Virus record (IMG/VR): IMGVR_UViG_3300028840_008185
Coordinates: 186,001-250,000 of that record
Reading direction: 5' to 3' (one strand)
DNA: 64,000 nt
In this document: positions 7,526-15,180 of the stretch, piece after piece
Layout: each line of letters starts with the position of its first letter
Numbering within the stretch: position 1 is the first letter of the stretch
Position numbers and translations under genes: made by a program
Notes under the pieces: model-generated
What the model was told of the DNA's origin: nothing
Database searches by the model: none
The model's input: only the letters and a program-made list of their open reading frames with translations

Positions 7526-7577
7526 TGGTGAACCTTTGTGGACTCGAACCACATACTTCCAAATACAAGTAAGGTTC
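7526..7577 (-). ncRNA. 52-nt minimal tRNA-like RNA lacking an anticodon arm
   Basis: Perfect 7-bp acceptor GAACCTT/AAGGTTC plus A-CCA; hairpin ACTT-GTATTTGG-AAGT; canonical T arm TGTGG-TTCGAGT-CCACA. Confidence 0.8.
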
Positions 7578-7789
7578 ATTACTTAGCCGCCGCTGACTCA
7601 ACCGAAACACGAGGGGTAGATGCCGTTCATGTTGTCTCTCTTGGTGAGGTGGTGGTTGTCAGTCGCGGACCTTTAGGGTGCATTTCAAAGCCCCACTGAC
7701 TCTCCGGGCACCCATCTCCCAGAGCATCTTCTTCTCTCTCCGGTTGCTCCATGTTTACTTCATCTGCTTTTTCCTCCAGTACTGACTCA

Positions 7790-7809
7790 AGGGGCCCCTA
7801 GGGGCCCCT
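7790..7809. repeat. 20-bp perfect palindrome, (AGGGGCCCCT)x2
   Basis: Read directly; lies just past the stop of 7818..8027. Confidence 0.9.
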
Positions 7810-7817
7810 CTTGCTAC

Positions 7818-8027
7818 TTACTTCATCTTCTCCTTGACTTGAGCCAACATCGAGTCCATGGCCAGCGTGTAGACGGCTAACTTCTCGCACATCGCATCCA
7901 CTTCGCTCTTTTGCTCCGATTGCTCTTGCTCTTGGTGCATCAGCCTCCACAACCGCCGCTCACTTGCGTCTCGAACATGATGGTAGCGTGGGGCTGACCT
8001 TCCGCCTCGTGGTCTACACATGGCCAT
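7818..8027 (-). CDS. hypothetical coiled-coil protein (MAMCRPRGG...)
   Basis: GGAGGT SD; start overlaps upstream stop. Confidence 0.65.
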   Translation of the reverse strand: MAMCRPRGGRSAPRYHHVRDASERRLWRLMHQEQEQSEQKSEVDAMCEKLAVYTLAMDSMLAQVKEKMK

Positions 8028-8197
8028 CAGCCCACCTCCAACTTCTTGCCGCGCTCCTTGGCGACATGCAGCGCACCGCGCTGGTCGGTGCCGCGCACCT
8101 TCATCTTCTGCACTGACCCACGACGGCGGGAAGGGGCAAACACCTTGACCTCCACCCACTCACCGTGGACCAGCTTCTTCTCGATACGATAGCTCAT
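8027..8197 (-). CDS. small basic protein (MSYRIEKK...)
   Basis: AGGAGG SD before ATG 8197. Confidence 0.7.
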   Translation of the reverse strand: MSYRIEKKLVHGEWVEVKVFAPSRRRGSVQKMKVRGTDQRGALHVAKERGKKLEVG

Positions 8198-8210
8198 TGT
8201 TCCTCCTGTT

Positions 8211-8429
8211 TTAGAGGTGGCTGAAACCAACGCCGCCGGGACAAATGGTCCGACCGCGCTGCCCAGAAGTAACCCTCTCGATGAGGGCGTTGTAGGTTGA
8301 CTCGGGACAACGAACCTTCCCGTCGTGGTCAACGGGGAGGTAGATGAAGACAGTGTGGTTGACACCACGGCACCAGATGGTAACTGCCGTGAGCCTGTAA
8401 GACAGACGACCCTTCCAAGTCTTACGCAT
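8211..8429 (-). CDS. hypothetical protein (MRKTWKGR...)
   Basis: AAGGAG SD; packing. Confidence 0.65.
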   Translation of the reverse strand: MRKTWKGRLSYRLTAVTIWCRGVNHTVFIYLPVDHDGKVRCPESTYNALIERVTSGQRGRTICPGGVGFSHL

Positions 8430-8430
8430 G

Positions 8431-8703
8431 CTACTCACTCTCCTTCCCCACCCTCAACCAACCCAGCTCATAAGCTCTCTTGGTGAGGTGGACTAGAAGC
8501 CTGGTGTCTCCCTTGGTCGATGCCATGAACTGAGCACGGAGCAAGAGGTGGTAGAAGAACACCAAGTCTTGTGGATACTTACCAGACCTGGTGACCCTTC
8601 TTCTCTGAAGTCCACGCCTCCTACGCCACACTGCATTGCTCAGTGCGTCTCCTACTTCCCACATGAAGGTGGGGTCTTGCACAGACACAGAGAAGGGATA
8701 CAT
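8431..8703 (-). CDS. basic hypothetical protein (MYPFSVSVQ...)
   Basis: AAGGAG SD before ATG 8703; upstream extension in the track is non-coding-like. Confidence 0.7.
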   Translation of the reverse strand: MYPFSVSVQDPTFMWEVGDALSNAVWRRRRGLQRRRVTRSGKYPQDLVFFYHLLLRAQFMASTKGDTRLLVHLTKRAYELGWLRVGKESE

Positions 8704-8724
8704 GACGTTGCTCCTTTGTTGGCC

Positions 8725-8763
8725 TCTCATATACACACGTAGTATATACGTGTGCATATGAGA
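8725..8763 (-). repeat. 17-bp hairpin (one G-U pair on the minus strand), 5-nt loop
   Basis: tctcatat-a-cacacgta / tacgtgtg-c-atatgaga. Confidence 0.8.
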
Positions 8764-8800
8764 AGGGGCTCTGTAGGAGCCCTTGTGAGGAGGGGAGTGT

Positions 8801-9007
8801 TTAGCTGTTGTTGAGGATGGTGAGGGCGAAGTCCCTGGCCTGACCCAGCTCCTTGGCCTTGGGGTCGTTGGGGTCGATGATGCCGGTGGCGTTGGTGAGT
8901 GCAGCGTCGAGGCGCTGCAAGGCCACCTTGGCGAGGGGGGTGTTGAGGTTGTTGAGGCGGGGGTAGAGGGCCTGCACTGCCTTGCGGATGTTGTGCAACA
9001 TTGACAT
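8801..9007 (-). CDS. small helical protein (MSMLHNIRK..., 68 aa), first gene of the high-GC block
   Basis: CAGGAG SD before ATG 9007; strong codon bias. Confidence 0.8.
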   Translation of the reverse strand: MSMLHNIRKAVQALYPRLNNLNTPLAKVALQRLDAALTNATGIIDPNDPKAKELGQARDFALTILNNS

Positions 9008-9086
9008 ATCTCCTGTGAAGGGGTTGAAGAAACAGTGAGAGGATCGTAAGACCACAACCCCATTACTCAAGGATCGTGATCTTCCG

Positions 9087-9116
9087 ACTCTAACTTTCAA
9101 AACTTTCGCCTTTCAA
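9087..9116 (-). promoter_or_regulatory. candidate host sigma70-type promoter TTGAAA-N18-TAGAGT
   Basis: Read on the minus strand upstream of 8801..9007; T-rich upstream element; TTTTGAAAG occurs twice. Confidence 0.4.
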
Positions 9117-9748
9117 AACCACAGAGCGAAAAAAATAAAGTTTCCCAAGTCCACAAAATTATTCAGTTTTTTGTGTTGCAAAAAATATACAGGGTGTATA
9201 CATTCTGCCACGGTACCAGGCGGCGCGGACCCCCGGCGCACGAGGCGACCACCGATTCGGAGAGATTATGTCTATCATATAGTAGAATATAGAGTAATAT
9301 GGAGCTACAGGAAGAGTAATAGTGGATATATGGGGTAGTTTGCTACGTAGAGTGTATCATTAGATTATAGATACATGTATCTATGGGATAGGTAGATGGG
9401 GCTACGCGACATTTTGTCATAGGTCATTTGCTTATTGTGATAGGATTTAGGTGGGTTATGGATCTGGTCTAAGATCCAAGGGAGGGAAGGATTAGAAGAG
9501 CTATGTCTTTCCTATATCGCGCCATTGTATTATGGGATTGGTGGCGTGATGTGGCTTGATTTGACCTACTATAGTATGTCTTATGTATGTTGTGGGTTAT
9601 ACGTGGGGAATGGTGGTAAGAAGTGGGGAGAATATACAGCAATTTGTATCATTTGCTTTACGGTATTTCTTTAATGATATTGGTGTGTTATAGTATGGGA
9701 GAAAGGCAAATAAATTCAGCTATTTCCTTATACTCTTTAGCCCGGAAA
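9101..9748. other. about 650-bp non-coding junction with G>>C skew on the plus strand and an 18-bp palindrome (9367-9384)
   Basis: No ORF of 60 aa or more; spot counts about 20 G to 5 C per 60 nt; atagatacatgtatctat. Confidence 0.75.
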
Positions 9749-12442
9749 TTATAGATTATCCTCGTAGTAATGTAGCTCTCCTATCTCCTCTTCCGTATGA
9801 GGCTCTTTGGTTATATTCTCGTTGATTGTTTCGATTAAGATTCTTATAGCCGGGGCTAGGGATTTCAGTTCATTTAGGTCATATGTCTCAATATCTATCT
9901 GAGTCTGCGGGAAGCCCGCATATATGTCTTGCTTGGCGTATCGCTTTAGAGGTGCTGGGGTTTCTATAGGCTTTTGACAAATAATAAATACCTCCTTCTC
10001 GCGCCCTCTTGATTGGGCTCCGAAGGTCGCCTTGATTCCGATGTTCGCACTTACATCGGAATTCCTGTAGTTTGTGATGTCCCAGCCTTGGAACATCTCT
10101 TTGGGAAACAGTTCAGTTAAATCTGGATCATAGGGCTTCCCTATTGGGACGACGTTTGATGTATCTCCACCCCTTTGGTCCGTTAAATTCATACTCTCCG
10201 CAAAGCCTCCTATCGTAGTAATAATAGGAGCTATTTTCTCGACATCTTTGGGAAAATCGAAATGAAGCGTATAAGTATTCCTATCTATATCCACCTTGAG
10301 ACCTAGGTTAAAATCTCCTATCTGCGATGGCCATGAAAGATGTCCTGCGGGTAATCGGTCTTTTGTCGCATCTATAGAGAAGTATCCATTATTGAAATTA
10401 TTTTGCTTCGGGAAAGAGACCCAAGCCATGAAGTATGCTCCATATAATTCTCCCTCGCGCCCAGTTTTCTCCTGCTCTCTTCCCTCCATAGAGGTCCAAC
10501 CACCGAAAACTGTTATAGACAGTTCGGGAAAGAACTTTTCCAATATCTCTTTTGGCTGGCCATATAGCTTTGCCCGCTTAGATATAGAGAATGTTTGGCT
10601 TTCAAGCTTAATCGCTTGAGCTTTGGCCCCGATGTTCTTTATGACCTGAATAGGCTCCGTGAAGTTTCCACCCACGGGTATGTTATACTGTGATGTTTCA
10701 TCCTGGTTGAATAACTCAAAGAATATGTTGTATGAGACTGGCTTACCTTCGTGGTGGATGAGCATAATTTTAAGATAAATATTTAGTTTTTTACTTCCCG
10801 CTCGTATAACAGTATCTTCATACTTCAGAGTATCCCAACCCTTAAAGATTTCTGGTGGAAACACCTCTTTCATTTCTGGAGGCGCTGGGTCTTTGTCTCC
10901 CTCTTCCTTCTTTAGAGTGAACTCAGCAATCAAATCATGAATCTGTGGGAGTTGTTCTTCGAATTCACCTTTGCTCAGGTTTTCCACCTCAGCGCCGCGA
11001 TATTCATTTGTAAATCCCCAGCGCACTTCTACACCCTCTTTGCCGCTTGGATGAACTTCTTCTGGCCATCCCATAGCCCAGGAGATTTTATCTTGTTCTT
11101 TATCTACACGCAGAAAAACTTCTCCCTGGTGAAACCTCAGATAGGCTTCTATCTCATTGGGTTCATACTTAGTAACAAACCATTGCGGCTTATCACCTCG
11201 CATGGTGCCAAAAACATGGGCTGGGAAGTATTTTCTTAGGTCTACCTCCTGAGCCCGCTTAGATATAGGTAATGATTGATTTCCTATCAACTCTAGCTCT
11301 TCTTCTGGGTATTGCTGCTTTGCTTCTTCGGCAAGATCATTTCCGCTGTCGATTGCCTGTTTGATAGGCTCAATTAGTTTGTCGAACTCTCCCATAGTTT
11401 TTGCTATAACCATTTCGTTGAACACTGGGTCCATCTTCGGCATGTTTAGTTGGATGTGAACCCCGCCGTATGTTAGGCGAATATCCACTGAGTAGTAAGG
11501 TTCAGTTGGATTAGGCGTGAGCGGTGGTAAGTGAGCCTTTATAATGTCTACGTCATAGTTTTCTATTATGAAATTCTTGAATAAGTTCTTTGGGAATAGC
11601 TCCGTGAAGTTTATGTTTTGGACCGCTCCAGTAGGTCTTGGCTTCTGGTATTCTGTTATGCCCCTTTGCTTTAGACTCTTCAGTGTTTCTGCATCTACTC
11701 CAACACTTTCAATAATTTCAAGAATTTTGGGCAGCTTCTCCTTTATCTCCTCGTTTTCCAGCCATATTTTTAGAGGCTTTCCTATCAAGCCGGTATTGAA
11801 GTCTCCTAGCTCTGGATCCCATTTTAAATCCAGTGTCATTTGTTTTCTTCCGCCTTTAAAATGATGTAGTTCTAATCTTATCCTTGGCTCCCACTTTATT
11901 CCTGGAATATGCACGTAGGCTTCAAAGGCGTCTGTCTCCCACGAAGAGCCTCCGCCATATTTTAAAGCTTGAATGTTCCAACCGCCGAAATATCCTGGCG
12001 GAATGAAAGGGAAGTGTTTTCTTAATACCTCCGCTGCTTCGTGTCTCTCTTCCTCTTTCCAGCTTGATCTCTTGGAAATCCTAGGCGTTATTTCTTTAAT
12101 AGTTTCCTGATCTTTCTCGGGAAGCTTCTTGAAGAGCCTGTCTTTAATCACGAAATCTATGTTCTTTTTCGCATCGACAACTTTACCTTTATAATCATAA
12201 TCTTTCTCTAATTGAGACGCAGTTGGATCAAATATGTTTCCCTTCTTATCCTCCGCCCAGAAGTGTGCGGTGTCTTCCTTGTGCTTGCCTTTGCCTTTGT
12301 GTGGCGGCTTGCCTTTCATAAGTTTAAGTTCAGGGAACAGCAGAGACATGGCGGCAGCATAGAAGAAACAATTCCCATGATGCTTCGCCCTCACATTTTC
12401 CTTCATCCATTTCAGGATAGGCTGCCGCTTAGATAGTTTCAT
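9749..12442 (-). CDS. 897-aa modular (poly)protein: N-terminal Cys-His-Asp (transglutaminase/papain-like) domain plus three repeated two-domain cassettes separated by ISKR[AS]
   Basis: GNCF...HFW...DPTASQ; motifs at aa 3, 122, 393, 620; six FP..F.GW-type repeats. Confidence 0.85.
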   Translation of the reverse strand: MKLSKRQPILKWMKENVRAKHHGNCFFYAAAMSLLFPELKLMKGKPPHKGKGKHKEDTAHFWAEDKKGNIFDPTASQLEKDYDYKGKVVDAKKNIDFVIKDRLFKKLPEKDQETIKEITPRISKRSSWKEEERHEAAEVLRKHFPFIPPGYFGGWNIQALKYGGGSSWETDAFEAYVHIPGIKWEPRIRLELHHFKGGRKQMTLDLKWDPELGDFNTGLIGKPLKIWLENEEIKEKLPKILEIIESVGVDAETLKSLKQRGITEYQKPRPTGAVQNINFTELFPKNLFKNFIIENYDVDIIKAHLPPLTPNPTEPYYSVDIRLTYGGVHIQLNMPKMDPVFNEMVIAKTMGEFDKLIEPIKQAIDSGNDLAEEAKQQYPEEELELIGNQSLPISKRAQEVDLRKYFPAHVFGTMRGDKPQWFVTKYEPNEIEAYLRFHQGEVFLRVDKEQDKISWAMGWPEEVHPSGKEGVEVRWGFTNEYRGAEVENLSKGEFEEQLPQIHDLIAEFTLKKEEGDKDPAPPEMKEVFPPEIFKGWDTLKYEDTVIRAGSKKLNIYLKIMLIHHEGKPVSYNIFFELFNQDETSQYNIPVGGNFTEPIQVIKNIGAKAQAIKLESQTFSISKRAKLYGQPKEILEKFFPELSITVFGGWTSMEGREQEKTGREGELYGAYFMAWVSFPKQNNFNNGYFSIDATKDRLPAGHLSWPSQIGDFNLGLKVDIDRNTYTLHFDFPKDVEKIAPIITTIGGFAESMNLTDQRGGDTSNVVPIGKPYDPDLTELFPKEMFQGWDITNYRNSDVSANIGIKATFGAQSRGREKEVFIICQKPIETPAPLKRYAKQDIYAGFPQTQIDIETYDLNELKSLAPAIRILIETINENITKEPHTEEEIGELHYYEDNL

Positions 12443-12732
12443 TCCAGTTCCTCGCTTTTATCTTCCAGCTTGGCAAGTTTTGTTTCAATGTATCGCATAA
12501 CATTCTCTATGCGGGTTCTCGCCAGCACTGAAAAATCGTCATCTCCTGATAACTCTTCAAGAATATCACCAAGTTCGTAGGACACAAGCTTTTTCAGTTC
12601 TGTTAAAAGCCCTCTACGTTCCGCAATTCTTTGATACTTAGAGGAACGGTGAAGAAGATCATATCTTTCTTCGCTCTCCTGTAATTTTTGCAGCAAATCT
12701 TCTTCTTCTGCGGCACGCTTAGATAGTTTCAT
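12439..12732 (-). CDS. small helical protein starting MKLSKRAA
   Basis: ATGA overlaps on both sides; shared N-terminal motif. Confidence 0.85.
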   Translation of the reverse strand: MKLSKRAAEEEDLLQKLQESEERYDLLHRSSKYQRIAERRGLLTELKKLVSYELGDILEELSGDDDFSVLARTRIENVMRYIETKLAKLEDKSEELE

Positions 12733-14741
12733 CTCGCAACCTCTGTTAAAAACTTATTCACTGCATCTCTATATCTCTTCTCCCAGACGCCCATTGGTTT
12801 GGCCTTGAGTTCATTATAGCGACCAACGGCATCTTTCCGCTCAAGATCTGTCTTCTCATATTCCCAGATCAAACGCCGCTTATCTTCTTCTTCACTTGCT
12901 TTTTCTATTTCTTTACGCCTTAAATCCTGAGCATAATCCAGAGCCCCTATGTATTTAAGCAGTTGATTTATTTCTTCAAGCTCTTCGTCCATCTTGGCTC
13001 TCAGGCTCACAAAGAAATGATTTGGCCAAACCCTTGTGGACAATCCCACCTCGGGCATATCTGGCGCTTGTATGAAATATGGTTTGTTCTGCCCGCCGCT
13101 AACGTAATAGGGTGGAGCAGCCATAAAAGCTTTGAGAGCTTCATTTCTTGGGCGCTCATTTCCCCAACGTTCAGGAAACTTTTGATGAAATCTTCTTTTC
13201 CATGCATCAGCAACAGTCCCTATGTTAGAATGATACTCTATATCTCTTAGAGCATGCGGCAATCTGGTCTTCTCCAGTTGCTTCCACTTTTCCTCCACCA
13301 ATGTCTTTCTTTCTTCGGAGGTTGGAGCCCGTCTTATTACCTCATCCCATTGCTTTATATCTTCTGTTTTATAGCCATGAGGTCCATAGCCAGGAGTTTC
13401 TGTTGTTGGGAGCCCTGCTGGTCTGCTCCAGCGATCCTCTTCCGCCCAGTCTTTTTTCGGAAGCTTTCTCGGCAGCTTTTTGCCCCAGCTAATCAAGGTT
13501 TGGACTAGGTGGCGCATCTCGTGCTCGGTAGTTGATTTAAGCTTCTTCCTAAACTTCTCGTATTCATTTGGATCTTTTGGATGTAAAAACTTCTTGGGCA
13601 CAAAAATTCTAAGATTTCGTAGATGGTCATCCCACTCGCCTAGTGGATCTTCTGCTCTCTGTGGTTCCATGCTCACTATAATCTTTACAGGGACTAAGAC
13701 CTGAGGAAGATTGTATTTTTCCCAGCCAGCATAGTCTATAGGTATTGTTGTGTTTTCATAACCCACAAAGACATTTCCCTTCTCATACTTTTCCTCTGGC
13801 GTAGGCTTCTTTTCATATCCTTCATCATCATACCTAAGATCATCTAGCTTAGCGTTTTGAAGAGATTTGCGTCTCATTATTAGATAATCTGGAAGGTCTT
13901 CATCCCACAGAGGCTCTCCCTTCTCGAAAAATTTAGAGGTCTTGTCGGACAACATGTGCAACGCATCTTTGAGCGTCATTTTTGTTTCAAACTTAGGATA
14001 ATCCGCAAAGCCCCAAACCTTTTGAAAAGCTTTACTTTCTGCGTTGGGAATGTATACGTCTTCTATTGGGCCACTGACTTTGGAGACGCCTCTTGGAAGG
14101 GTCACATACAACGTTTTGTATTCATCTACCGCCCCAAGCAGTTCGGGATTCATTATAGGAATTTTGAAATCTTTAAACAATCCGCTGGTCAAGAAAAGCT
14201 CAACCTCTTCTTTAAGAGTCTTTGCGTTATAAATCTTTGGCAACAAATCGTCTATTTTATCTTGAATTTCATCGACTTGGTTCTCAACAGCCTTATATTG
14301 TTTCTGCGTTATTCTTGGTTTCATAATGTCGATGAGTGCCCAACGAGCGTAGTTCTTTTCAACCCACGCCCAAACCTTTTCGGTTTCAGGCGGCAGAGGT
14401 ATAACTGCCGCTTCCTTCTTCATTTTACCTCTGTGCGACAGGTCAATCAACGGCTTAATGTGAATTACCTGGACCTTATCTTTCGGGTCTAATTTCACGA
14501 AATCTTTCATTTTAGCCACTTGTTTGGGCACATGCTTATGTAAATCCTTGAACTTTGTGGTTATTATGGTATTAACCCTAACCTTAAAGCCCCAGTCTTT
14601 TCCTGAATAAGACTGAGCATCATACTCTCTTCCCTTTCTATACTTGCCCATCTCCTTTCCAATACGCACAGTTAGATTCTTCTTGCCCGAAAGCAATTTG
14701 TTCTTATACTGTGATGGGAAGGGCATTACATTCTTTTTCAT
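12729..14741 (-). CDS. 670-aa protein: N-terminal ASCH/PUA-like domain plus HExxH zincin-like region
   Basis: FPSQYKNKLLSGKKNLTVR (ASCH-like); HEMRH at 13509-13523 and a downstream RDIEYH. Confidence 0.75.
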   Translation of the reverse strand: MKKNVMPFPSQYKNKLLSGKKNLTVRIGKEMGKYRKGREYDAQSYSGKDWGFKVRVNTIITTKFKDLHKHVPKQVAKMKDFVKLDPKDKVQVIHIKPLIDLSHRGKMKKEAAVIPLPPETEKVWAWVEKNYARWALIDIMKPRITQKQYKAVENQVDEIQDKIDDLLPKIYNAKTLKEEVELFLTSGLFKDFKIPIMNPELLGAVDEYKTLYVTLPRGVSKVSGPIEDVYIPNAESKAFQKVWGFADYPKFETKMTLKDALHMLSDKTSKFFEKGEPLWDEDLPDYLIMRRKSLQNAKLDDLRYDDEGYEKKPTPEEKYEKGNVFVGYENTTIPIDYAGWEKYNLPQVLVPVKIIVSMEPQRAEDPLGEWDDHLRNLRIFVPKKFLHPKDPNEYEKFRKKLKSTTEHEMRHLVQTLISWGKKLPRKLPKKDWAEEDRWSRPAGLPTTETPGYGPHGYKTEDIKQWDEVIRRAPTSEERKTLVEEKWKQLEKTRLPHALRDIEYHSNIGTVADAWKRRFHQKFPERWGNERPRNEALKAFMAAPPYYVSGGQNKPYFIQAPDMPEVGLSTRVWPNHFFVSLRAKMDEELEEINQLLKYIGALDYAQDLRRKEIEKASEEEDKRRLIWEYEKTDLERKDAVGRYNELKAKPMGVWEKRYRDAVNKFLTEVAR

Positions 14742-14742
14742 A

Positions 14743-15180
14743 TCATTCCTCTGAGTAAGCTAGAACATTCACGGGGAGGTTACTAACATATTCCAACCAC
14801 TTATAGATTTTGCTCAGTAGCATTGGAAAATACTTCATACTCATCCTTGGAAGATCTACAACGTAGTATCTGTCTTTCTTGCCAGCAGGTTTGGCCATTT
14901 TTCCAAAATATACATCTCCAAGCTCGCTTGGCCATACCATCTTTAGTCTGAATGATTTCCCATCTCCTTCTAGCTCAAGAGTAGCAGATAGATATTCATC
15001 CTCTTTCGCGCCCGCAACTGGCCAGAAGGTTGTCTCCAGTGTTATGAATTCACGCTCGGCAGGCTTTCCCTCAGTGGGACCAAACCATTTGAATGGGAAG
15101 TTCTTTATCTTATCCGGAGTGAAATATCTGAATATGCTCCCCTTATCAGCCTCTTCGTGCTTCTTCCTGAATTCGCTCAT
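14743..15180 (-). CDS. hypothetical protein with WPSxLGD domain paralogous to polyprotein segments
   Basis: LKMVWPSELGDVYFG. Confidence 0.8.
   Translation of the reverse strand: MSEFRKKHEEADKGSIFRYFTPDKIKNFPFKWFGPTEGKPAEREFITLETTFWPVAGAKEDEYLSATLELEGDGKSFRLKMVWPSELGDVYFGKMAKPAGKKDRYYVVDLPRMSMKYFPMLLSKIYKWLEYVSNLPVNVLAYSEE

Noticed and set aside
7659-7763. SD-preceded frame MK*TWSNRREKK... with TAA at codon 3 (read-through or recoding)
   Set aside because: Isolated case; more simply a decayed or spurious micro-ORF.
8431-8703. LTKRA in an early protein as another SKRA site
   Set aside because: Single imperfect match outside the cluster and not at a domain boundary; probably chance.
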